DNA of 64,000 nt. It comes from Hydrolagus colliei (Eukaryota). The stretch spans positions 74,400,001-74,464,000 of the forward strand of contig CM068743.1 in NCBI GenBank assembly GCA_035084275.1, read 5' to 3'. This document shows positions 1 through 13,568 of the stretch, one piece after another. Every line of letters begins with the position of its first letter. Position 1 is the stretch's first letter. Below the pieces are notes generated by a model. It saw only the letters and a list, made by a program, of their open reading frames with translations. It ran no database searches and was not told where the DNA came from. The position numbers and the translations under genes are program-made.

Positions 1-1089
1 CTGGATTGTCAGACTACATTGTGAATATCATGTATGTCCTTGCCTAGTTGAATAAATCATTGGATTTGTTAAATCTCCGATTGGTAAATGGAGATTGATT
101 TGAGATCTTGAATGTTCGATTTTTCTAATAATTAAAAGTAATATTTAGAAAGTTTAGTTTGAATAGTCTCAGCATTCCTGACATTCATTTTCTCTTTAAT
201 ATATTTTATTCAGATTAATAGCACAGCTCCTTTCTGTTATTTTTCCTTGTACTGTAATTTGCTGTTGTCTTACTGTGTTTCCCCGAGTCTTTATTCATGC
301 TGCCTTTCACATTTCAGTTTCTGGTTCATTAATTCTTTAATTGGTATTACTTTCTAATTGCTCTGGGGGATTCTCTTCTGACATCCCCTTAAAACTGCTT
401 GTCTGTTGATGTTTGGGTCCCACTGTGACAAATGTTCTTTGGATCATGAAAGAGAGAAAATTATTTCCAGGTTACGGATGGGGGAAAATCATTGAGGCTT
501 ATTTTGCTCCATATGATAAATTCATTAGAATAGGGTAAGATTGATTCTGCCCCAATAGACAAACTTCACCAATTTGATCTCATACTCTTATAAATAATAA
601 TATAATAATAATCTTTGCATTTTATATACCACCTTATCACGTCATTGTGATGTCTCAAACTGCTTCACGAAATATATTGTAAAGTGGATTTTCTGTGTAT
701 TTTGTGGGTCAAAACCTAATCTAATGTCATTTTGACCAGCATTGTTAATGCAAGAGTAAATGTAAAATTGCTTTGGGGTTATTTATGGAAGCAAATGAGC
801 ATATTCTCTGAGTTGAGGAGAATAGCTAGCTGACAAGTTGTTGCTTGCAGTACCTGGGGGAAGCCACAACAACTTCATGCACATGTGTCCTGAGGCACAA
901 AACAATGGAGGGATTGGATTTGAGCAGGGAATAGGGGGAAATGACTATAGACCCAGTGGAAAAGGTAGGTGCTTAGGTGGAATTTAGAAGGTCTAACCTT
1001 TTAGCTGGCAGAACTAAGTCAACCATGCCACTCAGCAGCCTCCTCAGTATTTTGAACAGTAAAAGGTGCTGTCTCTTTTTGCACACTAG

Positions 1090-1234
1090 GTTTGAAATTA
1101 GGTGTGGAACAAGATACCTGGGTGATGATCTCTGAAAAGGGAGAGAAGCTCTATCAAATGATGTGCAAACATGGCAACTTAATCAAGGATCGGAAACGGA
1201 AACTCAGCACTTTTCCGAAATGCTTCTTGGGCAG
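1090..1234 (+). CDS. PREX2: PREX2 exon (~exon 10), start of DEP1: (G)[47 protein letters not shown](S)
   Basis: Acceptor cactag|GT, donor GGCAG|gtaatt; 145 nt, open frame. Confidence 0.95.
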
Positions 1235-1539
1235 GTAATTTTGCTGTGTGCTTTATCAATAAAATTGTAGACAATCTTTCTGTTCAGAAACAAAATAAAA
1301 TTAATTAGGGTTTGTTGACTGCAGTATTTTGTTGTGGGGTATACTTGCATAACATAGTGACTACCACACTGGGGTGTGCCTACGTTCCTCTTTATATTAC
1401 AAGTATGTTTAGAAAAATGCATTGATTATATTGTGAGCTGCCAACATTCCTATATGGAAACTGTGAGCTCATCCTGAGCAGTTCAGTTGGTTGATCCGTG
1501 TTTATGTTTTCAATCGCATTTAAATTGGATGCACCTCCC

Positions 1540-1819
1540 CTTAAAAGCGTGAGACCTGTGTTCGAATCCAGGCAGTTCATGCCAAAACTTTGGGCAAGCT
1601 TCCTTACTCCACACACCTAATAATAATCCATCCCCAAAAAACCACAATAATGAAAATTGGTCATTTCAATCCACAATTGTTTGTGGGACACTGCTGTGCG
1701 CAATTGGCTGCCGCATTCCGCCCACAAATATACAGTCAATTCACTTTACAGTACATTCTGTGAAGTGCTTTGAGTTGATAAGATGTGAAAAGCGCTATAT
1801 CAAACACAAGGATTATTAT
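1540..1819 (+). mobile_element. tRNA-derived SINE (young family), 5' head partly lost
   Basis: B-box GTTCGAATCC, body shared with more than 10 copies in the window, tail ...GCGCTATATCAAA..AAGGATTATTAT. Confidence 0.85.
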
Positions 1820-1947
1820 AATTTGAGGGTGCCTCCTCTGCAAAAAGGTCTGAGCTTGATTTCTTTATCCGAAAGGACCTTGTGATCTTGTGAAGTGATG
1901 GTACTCAGAATGTGTGTTCCTGTTCCTTCCTTATTTTGCCTCAATAG

Positions 1948-2048
1948 TGAATTTGTCGCCTGGTTGATGGAAATCAAAGAGATCAGTAAGCCCGAAGAAG
2001 GAGTTCACCTCGGACAGGCACTGCTAGAGAATGGGATCATCCACCATG
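1948..2048 (+). CDS. PREX2: PREX2 exon (~11), DEP1: [33 protein letters not shown]
   Basis: tcaatag|TGAA ... CATG|gtgagt; 101 nt. Confidence 0.95.
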
Positions 2049-2596
2049 GTGAGTCACTGCAGGCTTCAATTCATACTGTTGGGGGTAAGAAATATCTATA
2101 TCACTTTACCCACAAAATATAGTCAATTTGCTTTATGGTACATTATGTGAAGTGCTTTGACAGGTCTTAACTACATAATAAGGTGCTATATCAAATGCAA
2201 GGATTATTAATATAGACAGACACGATGGGCTGAATGGTCTCCTTCTGTGCTGTATAGTTCTATGATTCTATGATACAGGTAACGCACTGTGTGGAAACTT
2301 GCTTGTACGAGAAGTTTTCCTAACTTGTTTAGTGGTTTGTTCCGTGAGCACTGACATTTGCGAGATACATCAGATTAGTGATGCAACCAACACTGCTCAT
2401 CCCTCCTGTACTCACCAGCCTCTGTGTATACAATATATATAATACATATATAATGTATGTATCCTGGCAGAGTATCTATTGTATGATGTGGACTTGTTTA
2501 CCGTTTAGCCGATTTCCGTCCTGGTTCATCTTTAGGCAATTTATATTTCTATTTGAATTAAAATCCACCTCTTTATCTCTCTAGTTAACGATGGAG

Positions 2597-2987
2597 AGGA
2601 TCAACTTCAAGATCCTCCCTCAGTCTTGTGTTTAAATCCCTCCACTCCTTTGCACCCCCTTACCTCTCCGACCTCTCCTCAAACAAGAACCTGTTGCCTT
2701 CACTTCACCGGGTCTGGCCTCCTCCTTGTCCCCCGAATCCTCTGCTCAACATTGGCGGCCTTCAGACAATACGCCTCGAGGCACTGGAACTCCCTTCCTC
2801 ACTCCCTTCGCCTCGCCCCCTCTCTTCCCAGTTTCAGGTCTCAGCTAAAGACCTTTCTCTTCGACCGCGCCTTTGGTCACCTTTCTCCTCCTGCCCCTGG
2901 CTTGGGCCCGGAATCCGTTATTGTGAAGCGCTCTGAGACACTGTCCGGTGTGGAGGTCGATATGTAAATCAAAGTTGTTGTTGTTGT
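2597..2987 (+). mobile_element. L2 LINE 3' fragment (tail type B)
   Basis: Degenerate ORF2 C-terminus (WNSLPHSLRLAPSLPSFRSQLKTFLF) and (GTT)n tail. Confidence 0.85.
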
Positions 2988-5792
2988 TATTCCCCCTCCC
3001 CCTAGCATGGCTTCGTGCTCCTCTATTGTTCAATAATAAAATTGATCATTTCAATCCACGACTGTTTGTGGGACACTGCTGTGCGCAATTGGCTGCTGCA
3101 TTTCTCCCACAAATTCCACAATTCACTTTACGGATGTTCTGTGAAGTGCTTTGAGTCGTCTAGAAGACGTGAAAAGCGCTATATCAAATCCAATGATTAT
3201 TATTATTTTTATTATAGTATCTCCTGTATGCCTTTTTTACTTTTTTAATGTTGTGGTTCTTGAGGCTCTGCAGTACAGAAAGACGGAGTATCGTGGGTGA
3301 AACAATTTCAGGATTGCCTGTTCCCGCTGGACATTAAAGGTCTCATGTCACAATTTGGAAGGAGAAGGGAGTTTCTCCCCATGTCCTGGTCAACAATACC
3401 TCAAATAAAATTAGTCATTTACTTCACAGCTGCTAGTAGGACATTAATGTGTGAAAATTGACTGCCCTTTTGCCTACAAAAACTCTCTACACTTTACAGT
3501 GAATCCTGTGAGGGTCTTTCAGATGGCCTACTGATGTGAAGGCTGTATCAATTGCATAATTATTATTTTGTGGAGGCAGCTCCGATTCAACTCTTTGAGT
3601 GGGGTTGTGCCGGATATGAAGCTGGCAAAACTGGCTGCTATATATCACTAGCTGCCTCTGGTGACAGGCTTGCCTAGGAGACCTGCCAGTAATGTAAAAG
3701 CATTATTAAATTGCTGGGAATGAGGCTGACATTTTATTGGAAATCTACAACATTGTCTTGTTGGCAGTTGGTTCAGGAAGATTGCCACAGTTTGCGAGAT
3801 TGAAGATATCATCGGGAATGTAAAGTTCCCCTATTATCCTCAGGAAAGATTCATTCTGTAGTCTCAACTTGGTCTGTAGGAAGTAATTCATCATCTGCAG
3901 CGATGAGAACAATTCAGTGATTTAAAAAAAATACTAACAAATTGGGAGTATGTTTACAGATTAAAGCAATGTGCATGCTGGTGTGCCTTTGCAGTAATGT
4001 TGAGGATGATGTAGTTGGCTCCTGATGACCGATGGGATGACAAAAACTGTCTGCTGCCATTTAATATTCAATCATCAACATACTTAGGAGAAAACTTGAT
4101 ACAAACAGGAGGTAGAAGGCAAATAGAGGTAGAGTGGGAATAGGTTGGAGGCTCATGTTGTGTATAAATACTGACACAGACACTTTGGGCCAAATACAAT
4201 ATAACTTGTACTTGCGATGTGCCTTTCACATCAGGAGGATATCTCAAAGCTCTCGCCAAAGTTTCCTTATATCATTTTGTGTAATTCTATGGAGAAAAAA
4301 GTGTCCTTTGTAAAATGTTTTTGGGCTACCTCAACCCAGTTCTGAACAACCGATATTTCCCTTGTAATCAAGAGGTTTGTGCTTTTAGCACCGTCGACCT
4401 TTCTTCTACTTTTACACGTTTTGTATGAGGCATTGGGGATATTGCTGCTCAGATCTCACACACTTTGACCTTTGTTCCTGCTAGCTTTCCCTACTTTACG
4501 TTCGCAGATTTTAATTTTAAAACAAAATATTGCAAAGCAATGTTTGAAAGCCACAAAGAATCTCACACTTTGATTATAGTGTAAAATAAAAATCCTTGAA
4601 TTTCATTGTGCTTTACTTGGCCACATCGTTGAGACATCTCAAAGCATTTCACAGGGTATACTGTAAAGTGGTGTGACTGTGCATATTTTGTGGTCAAAAA
4701 TAGGTACATTTGTCTCTTGGTTTGATATACCAAGAAATCTTTTGTCCCAATACAAAGTTGGAAGCAAAGATTGTGCTCTCTTGTGCCCAAATAAATGTGT
4801 ATATTCGAGTTCATATCCATATAAATGTGCAATGTTTGACTTCTAATCAGAATTTTCATTTATTCTTTGCTGTTGGCTGTGAATCCCACGACTTCCCAGC
4901 AGGAGTTCAGATACAAAGCAATCATAGACTCTGAGGTTGACTGAGATTGCATGGGAAGCAGTTTTTATTACCCCTGCAGCACACAAAAGGCCCCTGTATG
5001 ATATTTATATGTTTAAAGAGTTAACCATATGGATTTTAAACCTATTAAGTATCCGATAGCGACTACCCTACTTATGTTACCTAAATGGATCTAACATTTC
5101 CAAGAGGTTTTTCGTAAATAATAATAGTATTCCTTGCATTTGATAAAGTGATTTATTAATTTGTTGAGATGTGTTAAAGCCCATTTAAGGGATATATTGT
5201 AAAGTGTATTACCTGTACGCGTTGTGGGCGAAACACGGAAGTCAATTGCGCACAGATGCCAAATAACACAAAATGAAACAAAAAATGTTGCATAAGATGA
5301 TATTTAAAAAAGAAACTGAGCTCCACCCACTGAGACTTCCAGATGCCACTCGTGCCACTGCTCCCCTAGCGCCCCCCAATAATCGCCGTAACGCCACCCG
5401 CCATTGGTTTGCTCACCCCAATCCACACAGCAAGATCCACCGGTTGGTCACTGTGCCGGGTAACAATGCTGTCTCCCGAGCAAACTTACTCTAACTCAGG
5501 TGAGCGAGACAATCGTGGGTGGCATTACAGCAATTGGAAAGCTTTGGGACACATCCCATCATGAAGTGCGCTACATAAATCCAAGTTGTTGAGTGGGGGG
5601 TGGGGGGGGGGGTGGGTGGGTGGGTAGGGGGTGACTGACAGCAGAATCAGCTTCTGGAAAGCTCGGAAGGAGTCACTAGTTGTAGTTGGAGCTAAGAAAA
5701 ATTTAACTTAGAAACAAGGAAGAAGACAAGCTGAAGTAACTTTACACTTACTATGCTCTTGTTTGACTGATTCCCTCTGCGGTTGATTTCAG

Positions 5793-5896
5793 TAACAGAC
5801 AAGCACCAGTTTAAACCGGAGCACATGCTGTACAGGTTTCGATACGATGATGGGACGTACCATCCAAGAAGTGAAATGCAAGATGTTATCTCCAAG
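5793..5896 (+). CDS. PREX2: PREX2 exon (~12), end of DEP1: (V)[34 protein letters not shown]
   Basis: atttcag|TAAC ... CAAG|gtactg; 104 nt. Confidence 0.95.
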
Positions 5897-7377
5897 GTAC
5901 TGACCTGCCTGTGTAAAATATCTACTTACAATCTGTGCAACAACCAGCACTATATAAATGCATATTGTTGTTGTTTATTTATTTGGATAGAATACAATGT
6001 AATTGGCTTTTTTATTGCACCTTTCATGTCGAGAGGATGTCTCCAAGCACTTGATCTTATTGGCTGGGCACGCGAGGTGAGGCTTGGCAGGCGGGGAGGG
6101 AAAATTATGTTAATTGGAACTCTTTTATGATTGAGGAGAAATTGATCTCATAATCTTCAGCCAGCTGAAACTCGTTGGGGACTTGTCATACTGGATATCA
6201 CCAAACGATCAGAGCTGCAACAATAATGCTGTATATGCAAATAGACCATCAGTGATTGATTGTAGAAGTATGGATTGGCAGTCTTCCTGATCCTAGACAC
6301 TGTGCTCAGAGTTTCAATGCAACTTTAGCAGTCAAAATCTGAGAATTATTGTCAATTCTCCATATGAGTGCGATTAGTTGAAGTGGAAATGACAAACTGA
6401 GGAGACGGAGAGGCCACAATGAGTTGGTGGTCCGTTCTTTCACCTCTGGGACCCGGACCGTTTTGCAGCCCAGAAAATGCCTCCAATTTCACTGCCTGTA
6501 ACTGCGTGCTTCAGTTAATGGCTTTTCCCTTTCTATTCTTCTTATCCCTTAATATCCTTATTGATATTGCCAACCCCCAAGGAAATTTAATTTTTTTTTG
6601 ACATAGTTGTAATAATAATAAAATTGGAACATTAGAATGGGAGAAAGCTATTCAGACTATGAAGCGCCTAGATCCCACTTATTCCATTTCCCAGTCTTTT
6701 TTTCATATCTGTTAATATATTTAATTATAGTTCCACTAAACACAAGAACCATCTTATCCAAAACCTTGCTGACTGTATATTGTCATTTCCCTCTACCTTG
6801 TCATCTTGTCCCTCTATATGAATCCCTCCAGTTACCTCACCTTGTCCCTTGTTCAGCATTTGCACCGTCCCTATGAAGCGCTCAGACATGTTAGCCTATA
6901 TGAAGAGCACTATATAAGTGCAAATTTTTGTTGTATTAATTCTTGCACTGATCAACTATCTCTCTCTGAAATGCATCAATCAACTGCATCTATGGCCTGG
7001 TCTGTACCTTATTCTGACGACTTTTGGTGTAAACACTTTTTTCTGGACTCCCATTTTACTGGCTCAATTTGTCCTGGATTCCCCAACTAGAGTAAAATGC
7101 TCCTCACTGTTCACCTTGTCAATGCTCTTCATTATTTTAAGCTCCTCAATTTGATCACACCATGATTTCAACCCCAATGAATTTAACCTCAGTTTACTCA
7201 GCCTCTGCATGAAATAGTTCTGGTAGTTTAACCTTGATGAATAACATTTTTTGTTCATTGTTTTAGCCTTATTGGGCATGCAACACAAAATGAACAGTAA
7301 TCAACAGTTATTTTACTCTGATTACTGGAAACTGATTTTTTTTGCTGTATTTATCAAGCGAATCCTATTATTTTATA

Positions 7378-7678
7378 GTCCTGTAGCTCAGTGGTTAGAG
7401 CCTTACAAGCGTGAGACCTGTGTTCGAATACAGGCAGGTCAGGGTGAAACCTTGGGCAAGTTTCCTTACGCCATACGCCTAATAATCCCTCCAAACAAAA
7501 CACAATAATAAAATTGGTCATTTCAATCCTTGACTGTTTGTGGGACACTGCTGTGCGCAATTGGCAGCCGATTTACTTTACAGTAATTGTCAGTTCACTT
7601 TACAGTATATTCTGTGCAGCTCTTTGAGACATCTAGAAGATGTGAAAAGCGCTATATCAAATGCAAGGATTATTATTA
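7378..7678 (+). mobile_element. tRNA-derived SINE, near full length
   Basis: A-box TAGCTCAGTGG, B-box-like GTTCGAATAC, shared body, 3' stem-loop and (TAT)n tail. Confidence 0.9.
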
Positions 7679-8726
7679 AATAATATATATATAATAATTA
7701 TTTTTTAAATAAATAATTATAAAGTCACAAGTTTGATAGAAATTTTAAGATAGTTGCTTCTATATGGAGTGAATTATATAATATATAATTATTTTGTTCA
7801 TTTTGTTATGGATTACTTTCTGAATTTTTTCATTGCAAATTTTGTAGCACTGCATGATAGAAGACCAAATTAATGTTTCCACCAGGAGTAAACATGAGAC
7901 GATATTTTCTTCCTCCCAGCGCAGCAGATCTGTAGAACAGATTATCAAACAGAATCGCAGAAAAGCGACTTCAAAGTTAAGACTGTACTCAACCATTTGC
8001 CAAACTCTGGATACCCTAAAGTACTATGAAAACAGAGTAAATCTAGATCCTGATGGAATTTGTTCCCCAAAATGGTTTAACAAGCCAAGACTGGATGGTA
8101 GTTTGGAAATCTGGAAGATTAGGTTATGGGGGGATCTCTAGATTTCTGTGAATACCAGAATATTATATTGTCGTCCATATAATAGCAAATTGTGAATTAA
8201 TTAATTTAATGACAAATTAAGTTATTTAGAATTTTGCTCAAATACCATTGGGCTCAAGAAAAAATGTTAGAGATTTACTTTTTGAGAAGCTTCATTTTTT
8301 TTCATCTCCCTCCAGAGACGAGGTAATTTGTAGAATAGATTATCAAACAGAATTGCAGAAAAAAGCTGTAGAGTCCATGATGCTGCATACTGTATAAGTC
8401 TTTTGGAAGAAAGAGGTCCCTAATGGATTGAATGATCTATAGATCTTTAAGATAAATTAGTTCATGAGCTAATTACTTGGTAACACAGCATGGGATGACT
8501 TAATGTGGTTGAATGTTGTCTGTCAGGTTGGAGAAGAGGTCCCAAAGGTCACAATGATGCATATTTGGTTACTGGCAGAATTTAAACTATGAATCTTTTC
8601 ACAGACCCCTTTTATGGATCATCCTATTCAGTAAGGCTTTGGCTTGCAAGGAGAATGTGAGTGGGAAGAATCCCTACTCTCAGTGATCCGTCTGCACCCC
8701 CCTCCGGCCAACTTGCTACAGCTGAA

Positions 8727-9345
8727 TGTTTGACCATCGACTGGCCTTTCTCCTCCATGTCCATGCCATGACTCGCTCTATCTTCCTCCACCTCCCCAAC
8801 GTTGCCCAACTCCTCCACCTTTTCATCCCTCACGCTACCAAAACACTCACACAGGCATTTGTCACCTCAAGGCTCAACTACGGAAACTCCTTCTTGTCGG
8901 CCTCCCCAGTTCTTCCCTCCACAAGTTGCAGGTCACCCAGAACTCGGCAGCTTGTGTTGTCTCCCACACCAGGCTCCATGACCCCATCACCCCACCCTCG
9001 CCCGGCCTCATCCCTCAGAGATAGAATTGAAAATCCTGAACCTCACCTTATGCCTCCACTGCCTCGACACCTTCTACCTCTCTGACCCGCCCCTACCATA
9101 GCTGGGCTTTCAGTCCCCTCTCTGCCCCCACTTTTTGGAACTCCATCCCACAATCCCTTTACCTTTCTCCCTCTCTTGCCTCCTTCAAGGCATGTCTTTA
9201 AGACCCTCCTTTTTGACTGCCTTCAGGCATCCACCTACCGCCTCTGCCCCCCCTCATCCCAACTCTGGCCCCACACGATCAGGTCCTGATCCCTTGGGAT
9301 GTCCTGCCAACCTGAAAGACGCTTTACAAATGTAATTTTGTTGTT
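8727..9345 (+). mobile_element. L2 LINE 3' fragment (tail type A)
   Basis: AFVTSRLNYGNS motif; tail gaaagacgctttacaaatgtaattttgttgttg. Confidence 0.85.
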
Positions 9346-10941
9346 GCTGATGAGTAAACTAGTCTGTGAGGATAATAATTATAATAATAATAATCCTTGC
9401 ATTTGATATGGTGCCTTTTTACGTCTTATAGACGTCTCAAAGCGCTTTGCAGAATATACTGCAAAGTGAATCGGCTGTATATATATGTGGGAGAATAATA
9501 ATAAATAATAATAATGTCATGTGCCCTGGAGTATATTTTAGACCTGCCTGGTTCAGGAACCAGATGACCGAGACCTCCACAGAGGGCTGGCTCGATTCCG
9601 ACATTCTGTAGCCAAGCACATTGTCTCAGAGCCAATACAGCTCCAAGCTGACCCTCCTAACCTGCTTCTCTGCCAACAAAGCTAGACACTAATTGGTCAG
9701 TTCATTGACAGACCCCCATTCACAACCAGTTTGACAGATAACCGGCAGCTCTTGAACCCTGAAGTGAAAACTGCGATGTGAAAGATTGAGCGGTGTGCTT
9801 TGTGTTGAAAAAGTGTTAAACATGTTCTCCTGGTAAAGAAGAAAGCACAAAACTGAGTCACACACTGCAGGCTCCTTGTTAAGTCGGTGCCAGCAGGGCA
9901 GAGATGGAACACTGTTAGCTCCTTGTCACTGAGAGTTGAAAGTTACACTGGAGCCAATGTAAAGTCAAAGGGCTATGTGACCTGCCTTGGAGGTGGTCTC
10001 AAACTGTGTCTCTGAATTGGAAATGGAGCGACTAAATCTACATGGTTTGCATCGGTTCAGTGAAGCAGTATAACTAGCCTATTGCATCCTGTTGCATGCT
10101 GGTCCCAAGGATCCAAGCTGTTTTACTGGATCACGAGGATGACTGCCATGTACATGTGTACAGTTAAGCATAGGCAAATGAATAAAAGAATTACTGTCTC
10201 CAAGGGAAGAAGGAGCCCTTCAAACACAACCACAGTTTGATGGCCTGTGCAGACTGCTCAAACGTCTGGTTTTATTGCGGGAAGGCGCTACATATTTATT
10301 TCCTTTAGCAAAGGTGAGCAAGGAATAACTAACATGTGCTTGGCACGTGATCAAATAACTGCTAGTAGAAATGCCATGAAAGGTAGCAGATATTGTTGCG
10401 AAGATTGAGTTAAAAGGGCAAGATTGGAGGCACCATCCTTTGGTTGGGATGTTCAATTGTCTGCCTATTCAGGTGGGCTTTAAAGATTCCATGGCAGTAT
10501 TTGAAAGGGAAGGGAGTTTCTCCCAATATCCTGGTCAACAACCCACCCCCAACCCCAATATAATTGGTCATTCATAGCTGTTTAAGGGGATGTTGCTGTG
10601 CACAAAGTTGGCTACTGACAAAATTCTACAGTAAAACCTGTCAAGTGCTTTGAAATGTGCTCCTTGTGTGAAAGGTGCTATATTAAATGCAAGCATTATT
10701 ATTAGTAAGATAGATAAATGGATTTAAGCTGCAAGGGAAGCTCAAGGTAAAATGGGCCAGTAAAGCCAGAATCCAAGAGCTGGGATTGAAAGGCCACATA
10801 AGAGGGCCTTAATATTTTATACAAAAAAAAAGCTATTGGATATTGATAAATACTGTTCCATGAACACAGTTTTGATATACTGTTGATTCTCTGCCAGTTA
10901 AAAACTGATTGAGCAATTGATTATTTTTCTTTTACTTTCAG

Positions 10942-10991
10942 GGTGTCAGACTTTACTACCGGCTCCACAGTCTATTCACTCCTGTGATCAG
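10942..10991 (+). CDS. PREX2: PREX2 exon (~13): GVRLYYRLHSLFTPVI(R)
   Basis: tttactttcag|GGT ... ATCAG|gtgagt; 50 nt. Confidence 0.93.
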
Positions 10992-11044
10992 GTGAGTAGC
11001 ACAATAAGCACCTTTAAATACATCCTCTGTAATCTACCCGGTCT

Positions 11045-11785
11045 GCCTGGCTCACTTGGTATCTCTCTCACCTTTTAACTAGAAGATTGTGGATTCAAGC
11101 CACACGTCAGGGTTTTGACACTCCAATACGATGGTGGGAGAACTCTGCATTGTTGGAAGTGACGTCCTTCAGATAAAAAAATAAACTGAAGTCCTGTCTG
11201 TTGGACATACACTTATACAAGTGCAATTTGTTGTTGTTGTTGGTTCGGGTGGAGGTTAAAGATCATATTACACTAATCGAAAAGAGAAAGAAGTTTCTTT
11301 CCAGGATCAACAGTCCTCAAATATAATTGGTCATTCACTTTGTGGTTGTTTGGAGGACATTGCTGTGTGCAAACTAGCTGCTGCGAGTTCACCTACAAAA
11401 TACATGATATTTAACAGTAAATAATTTGAAGCATTTTGAAATGTCTCAACGATGTGATTCGGAACAACAACTTGTACCAATTTACGATGTTTCTATTTAC
11501 ACTGTTTCGATTTGCCGAACATAATTTTTTAACACCTTTTTATCAATATACGACATTTGGTTTCGTTTTAACAACAAAAAAATTTGGTGCATCTGTTTTG
11601 TGCATGCGCAGTACATGGTGTATTTTGTGGGATCACACGGGAAACCGCATTTCGATTTACGACGTTTCCATTTACGTGATGTTTTTCAGGAACGCAACCC
11701 TGTCGTAAAGCGTATTTACATAGCGCCCATCATGCAGAGTTGCGTCCCAGGGTGCTTATATCAATTGCAAGCATTAATATTATTA
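11045..11785 (+). mobile_element. Old Deu-domain SINE (SacSINE1/AmnSINE1-like), tail interrupted by a Tigger-like fragment
   Basis: tRNA-like head plus degenerate Deu motifs (gacactcca..., ctgcattgttggaagtgacgtccttcagat, aaagatcat). Confidence 0.7.
11458..11715. mobile_element. Tigger/pogo-like DNA transposon fragment
   Basis: CpG-rich; ends ttcgatttacgacgtttcc...caggaacgcaaccctgtcgtaaagcg, resembling Tigger subterminal sequence (recalled similarity). Confidence 0.55.
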
Positions 11786-13442
11786 CTTTAATTTGATAAT
11801 TACAACCTTGAATTGGAATTTGATCCTCCAAGCCTCCAGTTGTGAGGCAGGAATTTAGCAGTTTGAATGGGAAATGCCAAATTCTGGAACAGGCTAGCCA
11901 TGAAGTCAGCAAAACTATTTCCACCTTTGGCGCAGTTTCAGGGACAAAGCACTGGTACTATAGCAGGACATCCGTCACATTGATATAGAGTACTGTATTT
12001 AGAGAGTGTAATTTATTGCTGCATATATTTAATTGTTTCTGGTTCCACAGAACTGGAGCCAGACCTACATAGCAATGGAATCTGGACATAGTTAGATCCA
12101 AGTTAAGCAGTTTAACTCTGTTGCTGACCTATGGTGTTTCCTGAAAAGCCCCAGTTTCAGCCCTCGTTTATTATAGTTTGCAAAATTGCAGTGTTTTCTT
12201 TGACTATCTTTGGATCTGTAATATATTAGTGTTTCCATTGAATTAAATCTTCTGTACATGCAGCATAGAATTCATCTCAGTTCCTGAGCCTTTTAAAAAA
12301 AGGCTCTTTATTGCTGTCCCAATAAAATCATATGTAGACAAAAACCTGATATTCACACTATTTGGGACTGAATATATTGTAGATATGAAACAGTGTGGAT
12401 AACAGGCTATTGTGTGAAATGCAACATACCAATGCACTAACCCAAACCTTACACATAACACACGTTTCCCACATATTACTCTTTTTATTACTTTCTTTCC
12501 ATTTCTATCTGACGTGTATATGTTTGTGTGTGTGTGATGTTTGTGTGTGTCTAGGGTGTAAGATAAGGGAGGAGCGCTCTGCAACACTACACCATGCGAA
12601 ATGCGCTATATAAATACAAGTCATTGTTGTTGAGGAGGAATAAGGTGGTCGCATGCTAAAGACTATGACTTTTGGAAATATTTTTTTTTCCAAACTATCC
12701 TGCCATACAATATGTTATCTCATGCATCTCCTCCCCATCCCCTCCACTCTGGTGGGGTAAAAAAGCTGCAGCATAGTCAGCCTCTCTTCAAATGCACATT
12801 GTCTCGCAGTCGATATCATCCAAGTGGATCTGGGCTGTACCCTCTTCATCTCTATGACATCCTTCCTGTGTCAGAGGTCCCAAAAACTGAATGCAATATT
12901 CCAACTGCGACCTAACAATGCATCCTTTACGATTCTATTGCAACATCCCTACTTTTTTTTCAATATTCAATTTACATTACAGATCCAAGTACACCATTTT
13001 GTTCTCTTAATAGTTTTATAAACCTGTTGCCCCAATTTTGGTGTTTATGTGACTAGAAAGAGGCACAATTAAAAAGGAATTTCCTTACTGCTTTAAATGA
13101 AGGAACCCCTGCTTCAATTGATGAATCAACTTCAGTTTCCTGCGAATAGAATAAAAGTCAATCTTAGCAGAACGTGGGTCATGTAGAGGAAGGCCCATAT
13201 TTACAAAATGTTTCGACAATGTAGCCTAATCCTCGCCTTCCTGTGAAATGAAAAAACTTTCTGGAGTGAGGTAATGCTGACATGACCATCCTGTGTAGCG
13301 TGGCAGCATCCAGAGACAAAAAATAATGCTGGTACATTCTCTGTGATAGAAAGACTTGTTTAAAAAGTTACATGACTAAACATTTGCTAAAAATAAAAAG
13401 CATGCGTTTGGTACTAGTTTTAAGTACTATTTTTTTTTAAAT

Positions 13443-13568
13443 AGAGGGATTAAGGGATATGGGGATAGGGCAGATAATTAGAGTTAGGTCAGAAGATCAG
13501 CCTTGATCTTATCAAATGGCGGGGCAGGCTCGAGGGGCCGAATGGCCTACTCCAATTCTTATGTCTTA
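13443..13568 (+). mobile_element. CR1-type LINE 3' end
   Basis: ggcggggcaggctcgaggggccgaatggcctactcc...ttcttatgtcttatg tail. Confidence 0.8.

Noticed and set aside
5594-5632. G-rich tract (and poly-C at ~56266-56293) as a functional G-quadruplex
   Set aside because: G4-capable by sequence, but these are simple homopolymer-like runs with no further support and are prone to sequencing error.
7378-7450. tRNA genes at SINE heads (also 17012, 18321, 24398, 38583, 50228)
   Set aside because: A and B boxes are present, but there is no complete cloverleaf and each continues into the shared SINE body and tail.
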